In this document: piece by piece, positions 39,222 to 51,871 of the stretch
How positions within the stretch are numbered: position 1 is the stretch's first letter
How the letters are laid out: every line of letters starts with the position of its first letter
Assembly: GCA_002633005.1 (NCBI GenBank)
Contig: NMRA01000059.1
Span: 619,133-683,132 of the forward strand
Direction of reading: 5' to 3'
Length of the DNA stretch: 64,000 nucleotides
Source: Phoronis australis
Taxonomy: Eukaryota > Animalia > Phoronida
Notes under the pieces: model-generated
The model's input: the letters and a program-made list of their open reading frames with translations, nothing else
Told to the model about the DNA's origin: nothing
Databases searched by the model: none
Translations under genes and position numbers: made by a program

Positions 39222-40929
39222 GAAAACGCAAAGGGCTGGTGGAACACATAAAAAGCGAACTCTGTCATAGTTGTTCAACCCTATCACCTTTTAAATTTAA
39301 TTGGAGTTGCTTGGACATTTTGCAGCGATATTTTTGTCTATAATATACTCATAAACATTTTTGACTATCTTCTTTAAACACTTAATTGTTGCCCTAGGAC
39401 TCCTAGTTTATAAAAGACTTTCTTTACCTTCTACGCATCATATGTCAGTCTATTTCTTATGATATTGAGTGGGCTTTTCTGAAAAACCGCACAATTGCTA
39501 GTCTTTGTCCAGAGCTCTAGACAATATTTTGTTAAATAAAGATTCGTTAACAATAAGAAGCATTCTTGTGATTGGGTTGAATTTTGAAATCTAACACCTC
39601 CCGCATTATTAAGGATATTTTTCTTGGTTACAGATCGGAGAGAAAAGAAAGACTTGAAAATATGGTTAATTTACGTTACACTGTTTGGGACCAGGGCCCG
39701 GGGTCTAATCTTTGCACTCGAAATCGGACTCGAAAAATATATGACATTCTCCATTCTACTCAAATATGATGCACATCTATTATTTTGCGTTCAACTACGA
39801 TATGATTTACTTAATAAGTGTCAATTAGTATGATTCCAGCACTAAAGCGACAGGTTCAAGTATAAACTCGAAATTTCGAGTTTTTACTTGGATTTGAGGC
39901 TTCAATCTAGGGGTCACCACCTTTAAAGTGGATTAAAACCCCCCATCGGCGTATATGATAATGTAGGCTACAGAGTAAAAGAGACTAATTTTGAGTTTGT
40001 ATTAAAAGTTAATCATAATTTCGCGTTCGATTTCGAATTAAAATACAAGACCCTATGCCCAAAACTCCGTAGATTATCATGTTTCCGGTAGCAATAAGTG
40101 CGTGTACAGTTGTAAAAGCATTTACGTACCTAGTGGAAATCCATGGAAACCATAGGTGAGATAATGTTTCAAGCTAATTTCCAGTTTGTTAAAACACCGA
40201 GTAAACAGCCCTGGTAGTGTTACGTAATCTGACGTTAGAATTCTCGAACATAAATTGTTGTCTACTGCTAATTTCAGAATATCGCGCTCACCTAAATACA
40301 AAGCACTACATCTCGTCTGATTGTGTGGCTCACCAAGGGCGTTGAACAGGAGTGTTTCCTTTAGATTATTCTTTGGAAATAAGTTTACTAGATAAGTTGA
40401 TTTGCCGTTACATAAACTGATGAATTTCACTATGACGTGTTTTCATTTTGTTTGATCGGTGCCCCTGAGGATTATAAAATACATACAATGTATTACCCTA
40501 TCCATAAATACTTGCTCTATCAATACATTAGGCGTATAGAAATATTAGAAACTTTCTAATCTACTGATTTTGATTCGTCATGGTCATAAAAGTACACTAC
40601 CGTGGCTTTCAATGGAGCCAACTACATGTAGGCGTACACGGATCCGCTCAATAGAACATTCAGTTCCAATGACTCTGATCAATACACACCTGACAGAAAA
40701 AACCCGGCCGTCAATATCTGTTTATAACCACAAGGAAATTCACTGGAAATAAGTACTACGGCTATTTATAGTTTTGCTGTTGTAACATTTTATTGTGTCG
40801 AGTTAGTCATGATTTTTAGTGAAATTCCCGATGGGGGCCATATAAACCGTCCTTCACGTTGTAAGGATAATCCAGTAGGAGATTTTGTCTACATCGTAAC
40901 AAGTCAGGCAACCGTAGTGAACAGACAAA

Positions 40930-42175
40930 ATGAGTTTCAGATCCGTCAATCCACGACCTCAAAAAGGTAAACTGTTTAGTTTTAAAACTACCACACTTAG
41001 CTTTTGTAGATTGTGAGAATTATTCATTACGCTTTATCTATGACGTTGTCTATGTCGTCATATTGCTACAATTTCTTCGCAATTTTTTACGGAGACTTGT
41101 ATATTTTTTAACCAAAGGTATTCAATTTGTAGGTTAAATGTCATTGAAATAGATTAATTTTTGAGTTTAAGTTGAGGATAATGACTGATATTTCGCATTT
41201 TACTGGATTTGACGAAGACGGCTTTTTTGATGTTACGTCTGCTGTTAACCAACTTAAAGGGACAGTAGTTTTCAAAAATAATTAAATTTCCCCCACTCGA
41301 GAATTCATTGAAATCCGTTAATTTTTAAACTGTTGTTGTGCCCTTTGGGCACTGCGCGTTTGTGCGTTTTTAGTATCAATTTGCTCCCGAAAAGTGAAGA
41401 TGAATGTTTTCTAACTGTGGCGGACATGCATCTTTTTGCGTGTTCTGTATTAAACTACTTTTGTTTTAAAACATATGTGTCAAGTAGTCATTGTAAATGT
41501 CGACTAAATTCATTTCATAAAAATTGGACACAACTCAGCTACAAATTTTAAAAGTCATTTCAGCTACAGAGGGCAGACTTTAATCAAAGATAAACAATAA
41601 CAAATTGAACGATATGTTTGACACCCTGTATAAGTGAACTGTGGTAACTTGTATCCGAGAGCATATTTATTCGTATGTTATCGTCGTGTTTTGTAGATAT
41701 AAGGATTTTCCCAAGAAAGCTAATGTAATCACGTGCTTCGCTTGAAATACAAGGCGTATTTCGCGAAGTCTTGTGTTAATTTGCAAGATCCTTGCCTCTA
41801 CGAAACGCACACCCATCAGTTGGAAAGCAGATGGGACGTCGCGTTTTGACAATTCGGTACTTTATAAGAACACGTCACAAGTTCAAACATATGTGCATAC
41901 ACCCCTAACAATTTGACGATTTTTCAATTATAGATTACGAAGCCCCCCCTATCGATCTTGCTAAGAACGGTACATGGGAGATGCATACAAAAAATTCCTG
42001 TGCATGGACGAAGTATGACAGTACTAAGTGGAGGAGGACTTGTAATTGCCAACCGAATAATAGGTCACGAGTAGATTACCACGAAATGTCAGCTTGTGAT
42101 TGGTTTAGACAGACATATCAAGGAAAGTACTACTTCGTCCGCCGCTGCGTGTGCGGATCCACTTACGCCGGTTAG
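40930..42175 (+). CDS. Family member 9; exons 40930-40966 and 41934-42175, 92 aa
   Basis: MSFRSVNPRPQK G|gtaaac...aattatag|AT gives DYEAPPIDLAKNGTWEMH-TKNS-CAW...WRRTCNC...DYH-EMSA-CDWF...YYFVRRCVCGSTYAG*; aaattcccga and tataaa lie upstream at about 40822-40846. Confidence 0.9.
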
Positions 42176-42745
42176 AAAACAAGTGGCGGAGATGATGTCG
42201 TTTGAATAGACAGCAATTGGACAAATGGAACTCTCATCGAACACAGTATTTCTGGAAGTTTTTAACTTGAATAGAATTCAGGTATTCCAGTCAGTGACAG
42301 TTTCCTGTGCAATCGAAAATTTATCCTTGATTCACAATTGCCAATTAAAATAAAACTTCATGTTTTACCGAGTTTGTCTTTGAACACCCGCGTCACACAC
42401 CTGCGTATTTTAACAATAAATAGTAAACGTGGGAAATTGTGTTTGCATTTTATGACATAGGAGAGTGGGGGGGGGGGGGNGGGGGCGAGGGAGGAGAAAT
42501 GAAGATAGAGAAAGGAATTCAATTAACAAGTCTTTGGATAATGGTAATTAAGAAAGCAGATTTAGGGGAAATCTTCGGGACAAAATCCAGGGAACTCTCC
42601 GCTTATCAACAATTTCACTTTCACATTTCATGCACTTTCGTCTCTCATAAATCTTTTTTCAGGCATTATTTTTTACAGTTTGTAACATGCGCGACGTATT
42701 GTAGTTACGAGCGCTGGGACTAAATCGAGTGACAACTGATGAACT

Positions 42746-43043
42746 GCTAATGCGCGCATATATTACATTGGGGACATTTACTGCTCACTAAACCACTAAT
42801 GTGCGCATATATTACATTGGGGATATTTACTGCTCACTAAACCACTTATGTGTGCATATATTACATTGGGGATATTTACTGCTCACTAAACCACTAATGT
42901 GTGGGTATATTACATTGGGGATATTTACTGCTCACTAAACCACTAATGTGTGCATATATTACATTGGGAATATTTACTGCTCACTAAACCACTAATGTGT
43001 GCATATATTACATTGGGGATATTTACTGCTCGCTAAACCACTA
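42746..43043. repeat. 49-bp minisatellite, about 6 copies
   Basis: Unit aaccactaatgtgtgcatatattacattggggatatttactgctcacta in tandem with no spacers. Confidence 0.9.
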
Positions 43044-44002
43044 CATCCTCACTTGTCGGTTTTACAACCGGTTTTTAGCCCAGTGGCCGTACCAAAAGTT
43101 ACAATCTACCAGTTTGTGCAGGACAAGTCTATTCTTTCAGTCAAATTTGTACAAAACTAAAAATTAACTCTGTAAGATTTCGTACTTTCTGAGTTAGTAG
43201 AAAGCTTTTATTTTATGCTATCAATGGGGGAGTCACATTATGTCCATGTCTTTGTATCAAATTGTCGTCTTAAAAATAAAAAGGGGACATTCATAGCAAA
43301 ACAACGGCATCGATAACAAAGTTCATTTGATTTAAATGTCTTTAAACACCATATTACAAATATGAAACCCCAAACACTACGCTGCTGGAATTTTCTAAAT
43401 TGGTCTTAGTTTCATGCATTTTTTTTTGATTTTTCAGACATGTAACACAAGTCCTATTTTGATAGACCCTCGTACACAAGGGGAACATTTCAAAGACATT
43501 TTCTAGCAGTGTTTTGTAAAGCAGCGCACAAAGCGTAGTTTGTGGATGTTACAGCGATTTCTGAAATATGAGGTTCCGAAGTTGGTCAAGTCGTATTTAA
43601 ATGTTTACTCAACCACGCCCACAAGTGCCTTTGTACTGGTTCTGACCATCCAGGCATTACGTTCCACCCATTCTAAATAAAACAGACCTTCACGAAAAGA
43701 GAGACCTCGGTTCGAACAGAAAACTACAGTATATAAATTACACCACGCGTTTAGCAAAACCCAGATGGGATCAAGCAATAGAGGCTAACAATTCAGTTGG
43801 GGGAAACCCGAGTCATGGACTGCGCGGGAAATCTTTCACCAGACTTTCAAAGATAGATTTTGGTGTGACTCACTTCGCCGAAGAAAACACTTGGGAATTT
43901 TTTCCAAAATTTCCCGAGAAGAACAGTATAAAAAATCTTGTTCTGTTTGCAAGACGAATTTCTCTGTCTAACTGAAACTACCAACACCTACGAAGAGGCA
44001 AA

Positions 44003-44673
44003 ATGAGCGGCAGAGGCTCTATTGCTCCTCAAAAACAAAAAGGTAAGACTGGTACATTAATCAGCGTTTCCTTTTTGATACCCACTATACAGATTAATTT
44101 ATATTTTGTGAACGCTTTCAGTATGCAGCTTCGATCCAATTTTCAAAATGGATCAAAAACAGTGTCAACACATATTAATTAATATTGAGATTTTCTTTTT
44201 AAAATCAATGTCAGCACTAACGCGTTGTCATGTACAAAAGTTCATAACCGCCACGGGTACTCAAGCATTTTTATACAAAGTCAACCAATGGCATATTACG
44301 TTGCATAAAATACGTAATTTTGCACAGATTGTCTAATTTTAATACAAACAAAAATCTTGCTTTGGAAATACAACATGAAAATTCCATAAGGTCAACCGCA
44401 CTGACGCTCATTTAATTGCAGATAATTACTACGACAGTCCTTACGATTTCGAACTACCACCAAATGGTACGTGGGAGGTGCATGAAGATGAAGAGTGTGT
44501 ATGGGAGAGGAATAGCGACCAAAATTGGATTCGACGGTGTTATTGCGCGTAACTATGAAAACGACGTCAAAGACGAACATGATACACCCGATTGCGTTTG
44601 GTTTAAACGGGAGTATCGGGGGGAATATTTCTTCATTCGCCGTTGCGTTTGTGAAAGTCCATACTGCGGCTAG
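44003..44673 (+). pseudogene. Family member 10; exons 44003-44042 and 44422-44673 with a frameshift between the two repeats
   Basis: MSGRGSIAPQKQK G|gtaaga...ttgcag|AT gives DNYYDSPYDFELPPNGTWEVH-EDEE-CVW...WIRRCYCA* (TAA 44550-44552). The second repeat DEH-DTPD-CVWF...YFFIRRCVCESPYCG* is intact in another frame. Confidence 0.85.
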
Positions 44674-46678
44674 TGTCAAACCGTTTTAGATTTACAGATG
44701 GAACTTTGAACAGACACAATTATTTGACTTTACAAGTTCGTCATTAGGAATATTTAGGCATTAGCGTTGAAAGACGATTTGACATATTTCAACTTACGGA
44801 ACACAGCCCTTGATGAGCAATGAACACTGAGACGATGATGATCTCATGTTTTTTATGTCTTACAAGAAACATTTACCTTCATCTCTAGTTAAAACATTTA
44901 AAGCAGTCATTTGTCACGTAAGGATTGCGACAGGGAGAGGAGCGTTCGATTTTCGAAGCACATCCTCAATGTGCTATTTTGGCTTTGATACATGTATACT
45001 GCACCCGCCGCGTGAGGTGCAACAAGGAGTTAGTCTTCGTACACCTGTATTTCGATATGATTAATTAACGTTTTATTAATAAAAGTACATGTGTAAGATA
45101 TATGTGTGTTTATATTCAATGATTGTTATGATAAATTGCCATAAAACAAAACACTTGTGCCTATGCGAAACACTCGGCTACTGTTCGAGACTTCACTCGA
45201 AAACTGACCTAACTCACATCGAGCTAAGTTAGACTCCTGCTACACAATTGGCCAGTTTCCTCGTGAGGTCTCCGGTCATTTGTCGTGCACACATCAACAA
45301 AACCAAACGCACTCGCAAGTAGAACAATGCAAAAATGGAGACATTGAATAGAAATACATGTGCGTCATCACTGTTGACAATGACCATTAATTGTAAGGGG
45401 TAGTCGTGGAAAAGTTAAATTGAGAAGATGCGTTCTAATGCAGAAAGACAATTTTTCTAACGTTGCCGAGATTGCGGTGTAAATATCTTTAAGGCTGTTT
45501 TAACAATCAGTCGAGACGCCAATGTCCACCTGTCAGTAAGTTAAGGCCACGCCTTTTAGTGACTTCACTAGGAGAAGGCATAACGTAAGTGTAGAAAAAG
45601 GCGTATTTAAGGGGATACTATCGGCGAGAAAATTTTCTAATGTCAGATTCAACGTGTGACTGAACCTGGAAGCCCCTCGCTCCCTACCAAACACTGTCCT
45701 GGAGGAGAAAACTCCCTCTCGATAACTGTTGCACCATTGAACTGGTGTCACCGGCTTTGATTTTAGCGAATGTCTGACAGAAAAGCTATGATGATTGAGG
45801 ATTCGTAATTAAAAAAAACCAACGGATCTTGTTGTTTTACATCTTTGGTCATAGCTAACATCAGAAGCATTTACAAAGCCATGGCAACGGGTCACGAGGT
45901 TACACCTTTAACTTTTAACTTCGTCACCGGCTTGTGCATATGGATTGGTTTAAACTTCACATTGGATCAAAAGATAATATTAGTTTTGGTGGCCATGAAA
46001 ATAATGTACATAGACTCAAGACGACTTATTGAAACAAAAGAAAATAAGTCATTCATAGCATGCGTAAGGTCGACTTTATTTTTTCACCAAGTCATCGCGT
46101 ATTTGTGAAGAATTTATAACTGTGTTTTTAAAGAAGTGAAGGTAATTTATCGCTCCACAGTTGTTCGATTATAAAAACGAAAGCCCGAAACATGACTGAT
46201 TGCAAAGCAGACTTGGTATAAGCTGACAGTAAAGTGCGAGAATAACGCGGCAGGATTAGTTAAGTTTCGAGACTAAGTGCGAGTCGAGACTGAGTTCGGA
46301 GCATAAACTCTCATGGGATTTGGTTTGTAACATCTTCAAAATTTTCGAGCTCACACTTTCAAGAGTTTTAATTATAAATTCATTACGATTTCATGCTATA
46401 TTTAGTTTTTTAAAAAAGGCCCGAGTCACTGAGATGGGAAAAACCCCGTTGAGTTACAAGTTTTATTTTGCAGCTTGCAGGAACATTCGTGCCACAAAAA
46501 TAAGTGTGATGCGGAAAATTTTCCATAATTCGGAATTACACAATACAAGCGTGCGGGAAATTTCTCGTAAAATTCCAGTACAATCTTATAAATTCGTTGT
46601 TCTCGAATGAAAATTTAGTCCAACGAAGGAAAGTTTCTAAATACAACAACAAACCAGAAAAACGTGTGGAGAAGAAAG

Positions 46679-47608
46679 ATGAGCGGCAAGAAACCGATTG
46701 GTCCAAGAAAACAAACAAGTACTGTAAGACTGTTGTATTTCATTGGAAATTATTTGGGATGAATTTTGAATAGAATAGACTTGTGGAAGTTAGCTTTGAG
46801 CGAAGTTGTAAAACCACAAATGCATTGTCTTTGTAAATTTATTACAAATTTCCAGATATCGCAATTGCCTGTCAAACATTCGGTGAAATCTAGGCAGACG
46901 TCTTTCAATAAGTACTGGCGTGTGATCTGGCTCAGTGGTAAAGCGGTAGCCAGCTACTGACGAGTTAATGAGTATGATTACACACTGTTGCTAATATCTC
47001 AAGATTATTTCTCTCGCAGAGAATGTCCCTGCAACAATTAAATAGCAATGAGTTTTGTTCTTAGCATTAAATATCGGTTTAAATCCATCCAATTACATAC
47101 TCAATACCCGGTGACGGTCACTACATGCAATACAGCAGTATTTTTGTACCTTGGTTAAATTATGTACTCATTTCTCCTATTTCTTTTAAACACAAATCTA
47201 GAAAACAGAGAAACTTGCAATATTGGAGTGAAGGATATCTGCCTACTGAAGACAAAGGAATCTTATTAGCATTGGTGAGAATATGCAACTTTTAACTTAC
47301 AAATTACAGGAAAACGAGAGATTTATACCTACGTATTCGGTACTTTTTCAGTTGAATATGGCAGTCGTACCAACGAAACCACACAGGGAACTTGGTCTGG
47401 ATGGTTGAAGACAGTTGGGAGTGCTCTCATTGGATCTTGGCGCTGTGTTTGTAAATGGGTGCCAAGCACACAGGCGGTTTTCCGTTCCGTGGGCGGTGGT
47501 ACCGGGGTTGGCGGTCGCTCGAGCGGTGGTCACCGGGGCGCCGGTTACCGGGGCGGCGGTCATTCGAGCGGCGGTTCCCGGGCCGGAGGTCGGTCTGGAA
47601 AGAAATAA
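46679..47608 (+). CDS. Gly/Arg/His-rich paralog B; exons 46679-46718 and 47352-47608, 98 aa (weakened donor)
   Basis: Same exon-1 peptide as paralog A. The donor reads A|gtactgtaagac (5-nt insertion). Exon 2 is shorter by in-frame deletions in the Gly-rich tail. Confidence 0.65.
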
Positions 47609-48952
47609 TTCCTCCCCACGTTGCTGCAACAGAGCTGGCAGTTATTTTGCTAAGCTTTAAAAACAAGAAATAGGACGGTACCACAACCATAGATTGAACG
47701 AACGGACTGTAAAAAGACATTGATGCGATTGTGACGACAGATAAAGAAACAGTAAGAAATACCAGCTTATACAGTGTGTACGAGGTCATATCGTCGATAA
47801 TTATAAACACATAACGTTGGGACTGCATCAAAAATGTACTGCTGGTCCAGCAGTTGTGACGCTATAACATCTACTAAAAATGTTTTTTTACCAAATTAAC
47901 TGCTAATAGTTTTCTTTATTCAGTTATTTACTCAGGTTGATTAATCAGCATTCACCGTACATGTAGCTTAAGTGTACAGACAGTCTTTTGGAAAAAGTAA
48001 AATTCTTTTCTCACGAATTATCTTTTCTCACGCACCGCATGTTGTCTTGGCCAAAGGAGACTGTTAATGCACGATTCACAGAAGAAGACGACTGAATAGA
48101 TTTTGGTTGTCTGGCAGTCTATTGCGAACCTGGCACTGAGTAGTTCTTTAATTGTCTTGTTGGGCAATATCCTTACAAGGACTGACGGGTTTTTGTTCTG
48201 ATATTTTCTGCATAGGGTGAATGATTTTTTTTCATAAAAACTGCTGATTCATGTAAAAACAGTTGAATTTTGATGTACACTAATTCTGTTCCTTTCTCAG
48301 ACAAGAACCAATTTTTGGGCTAAAAATAAATTGAAAATCTGACAATTGGTAATAATTGCTTGAAACCATGCTTGGCGCATAAACTCATCACTATAGTGTC
48401 AGGCAACATTACTGAACTTGGTCTTAGAGAACACGAACTGTTAAGTCTCATCGAGCCCTGAAATCATATCTAATCTGGGTAAAGAAGGAGTTGAGGCCAA
48501 TTTCATTTAACAGTTAGTTTTCTAAATAAAAACTTGAACTGAGCGGCCGCTTGAAATATCAGGGGTCCCAAGGTCTACAGTCCCAGTGAGTGTTTCCGTC
48601 TCAACTTATTAGGCTCATACCTACTACCACGCTTACTCAATAAATCGATTTTATCCAGTAAAGCCTGCGTCACTTGGAAAAACCAATCTTGTTAGACATT
48701 CTTGAGGAAAAAATATTACCGAAGAAATTCCCATTCTCCTAATAACTATTACGCGAGATTTTCCCCTGTAAATGTCATGGACATCGTTCAATACACACTT
48801 TAAGCTGCATTTTGTCTATTAATAGCCTGTGATGTTTTTTTCTAAAATTCCCGAAGAATACCGTATAAAGTCTGTGTGCCGCAAGACAGATCCAGTTGAA
48901 GAATTTTCTACGACTAGATTAGTGTCGCTCTTCACAGCTGTAACGAAGCAAA

Positions 48953-51871
48953 ATGAGTGTCAAATCTGTTCCACCTCCAAAGCAAAAAGGTAAGACAAAT
49001 TTGCCTAAATATAAACATCGCAACTAGCATAAGTGTAAGCCTTGACAACGTAGTTTTTTATTTTCAAAATTACACTTTTCGTACGCCATCAGAATTGCAA
49101 ACATTCGTTGAAAATTTCCCTGCTTGGTAGAGGTTCCCAAAATGAATATTGATATTGACCTTGAATCAAAAAGGCTGTATGAGAAATAAAACACGTTCTC
49201 GGTAAAATATATTTTTAACGGTACCATTGGTAACCTAAATTTTCTTTATTGTACACGCAGGTTAGGGTTCGTCATTACCGAAATGTCCCTGAACAAGAAT
49301 ATGAGTTCCTTTCAAAAAGAGATACCGGTATGCTAAATGTAAGACTCATGAATTCCAATACAACTTTAGATAGCAGTATTTTTTCATTGGACTTATTTCG
49401 TAACCCTGAAGATGGTACAAGACTAAGGCGAAACGTTGCCGTGACTTACGAACTTTTTGTAGTTTTTGTTCATCGCGTTAGTTCTCACACATGGTGATTT
49501 AATTAATTACACTCTATAATGTAACGTTATTTTTTCATATAGAGGAGAGTTTGTTATTATGAATTAATTTTGCCGCTCACTCTGCGTGGCTCTCTGTAAA
49601 CGATAAAAAACCCCGAGGGGATAAAAACCAGGTCCGTTTTTACTTTGCGATGAACAATAGTTACTGTACATGTAGAATACTGTAGTCAGACGGGATACAA
49701 TATCACGACCTGCGCTGTGAAAAAGTAAGCGAAACGTTGTTTGGTTTGAAACAGTTGACCAAGACCACATACGAGTGTGTGTAATTTAATAACCAAAAAG
49801 CCACTTATAGAGAATAAGATATTTTACAACTTTATACACAATTTACTTGTTTTGAGGGTGTTCACATACTTAGTCGTTGATGTTTCGATGTTTTCGTTTG
49901 TAACATGTTCAAGTCCTACCACGAAGAGAAAATATTTGAGACCGAGTTTATAGGAATGAAAGACCCAAGTCGATTCTCTTTTTAATTAAACAAAATGAAA
50001 TGCAGAGAATAATTACATTACTTTCGTGAAAAAAGATTTTTACCATAAAAACGATAATTTCGCTGTCAATATTGGCCTAGAAAATGTTAAATTTTAGTGT
50101 GCGCATTTTCTTTGTGTTGAGTGTCTTAAACTATTTTTGTTAATGAAATTTACGAAATTCCCCTAAACAAACGACTGTTTAATTTTCTATATCAATTTAG
50201 TTTCAACTATTGTGCTTTGATACCTTATGATCACCAACATTCTTATTTTGATCTATTTTGAAAGTCTTTTTCATATCACCGGCTCATTCACAATTGATTT
50301 ATATCAATAATTTCACTCACTTCGATCAATAAACACCTACGCTAAACTAAATGGAAAAACCGATCGTTAAAAACTGCCTGCGAACACAGACAATGCATTT
50401 TACAATATACTTTGGAAAATAAAATGTTCTTAAAGAGACTTTCATGTACTTTTGATATTTTCTTTTAAATTCGAATAATTTGCGGATGAATGTTTGTGTA
50501 AGTTCGGTCAAGGCATTCACGGAGCATTTGCCTTAAATCGATATCGTTTACAAACTCAGGTTGAGATACCAAGAATTGCAACTTTCACGGGCCAGTAAGT
50601 ATTAACTATGAAACTAAGAATGCAAATTTATAAAACTAAGCTTGTTTTTAACTCCCATGGTTTCTTTTGCATTAAGCATATCTCATGTCACATAAACATT
50701 TTCAATCGATGCCCAATTTGCCCAGCTTCGGTCATGCGGGTATTTTTCATAATTGAATTCGATTTATTGTAGTTACACTAGGGTCGGATTCCTTTGGGAA
50801 AATCCCCTTCAATGAATGTTTATTGGACAGACTAGGGTCCTCCAAAATAACTGTTAAGCTGGAAATTTTGGTTAATTTCCTCGACATTGAATTGCACGTT
50901 ACTCATTCACTAAACACAAACAATTGTATAACAGTGGGTACTTTATTATTTTATTTTTGCTGTTAGCGAAATTAAGATAATAGAGAACTTCTCGATATAT
51001 AGTACACCTCACCTCAAAAATTGTGGCTAGGGAAATGAACAATAAAAACAACTGTTTTAAAAATATAAAAATATACGACAGTTATGTTTCATTGGAAACT
51101 CGTACCGTAATGCTGCAGAGATTAAAAACACATTTTGTTCATGTATTCGGTAACTGACAGTCCTACAGTGTATTTGACATGATGAACTACGTGGCTGCAA
51201 AATGTGAAACATCAAACCCCGTCCCCTCGAGGAAATTAGCTTTTGATTTGGACCATTTGCCGCTGCAAAATTGTTTTCAACTTCTTCCATACTTAGATGA
51301 GAAGTACGTTTTGGTCTAGCAAAGAACTGACAGTCGGTTATTGCCCGGCCATGTAGGGCGGGAGCCTTCAGGCTGTTGAACAATTCTTTAGACGATTCGC
51401 GTAGGATAACCATGACTGATGAGCGTTAAATACCGGTAATGTGAAAGAAGCATAATGATTAAAACAAAGCGTTCTACTGGTGTCGAGGTGGTCAAAATTC
51501 TGCCAATGCAACAATGAGAATCTGATAAACCGAATGATACGTTTTAATGTACGTAATAAACACTGCAATGAAGAGCTTTGTCATTTTTAGAGGCTAAATG
51601 GGAGCACGGGAAGAAGTATATACATGGCTCGTGGGAATTGCACGTGAAGTCTTCTTGCCATTGGACCAACAAGCAAATCTGGGAGGAAGGCATTTCTAAC
51701 GAGGGTAAATGGAGGTGGGAATTGACGCGGCACTGCGATTGTGATCTGCACAAAGAAGACAAGGAAAAGCACTACAGCGAGGAATGCCATTGGGTTAAAA
51801 AGGAGCACCGCGGCCCAAATCCGACCGAATATTTTCTGGTTCGTCGTTGCCGATGCAAAGAGTTCAACTAA
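48953..51871 (+). CDS. Family member 11; exons 48953-48989 and 51591-51871, 105 aa
   Basis: MSVKSVPPPKQK G|gtaaga...catttttag|AG gives EAKWEHGKKYIHGSWELH-VKSS-CHW...LTRHCDC...EKH-YSEE-CHW...FLVRRCRCKEFN*; aataaa at 51886; aaattcccgaag..tataaa upstream. Confidence 0.9.

Noticed and set aside
42746-43043. CRISPR-like appearance of the tandem arrays (also 60693-60841 and 8512-8616)
   Set aside because: Units are contiguous with no unique spacers, there are no cas genes, and the context is eukaryotic.
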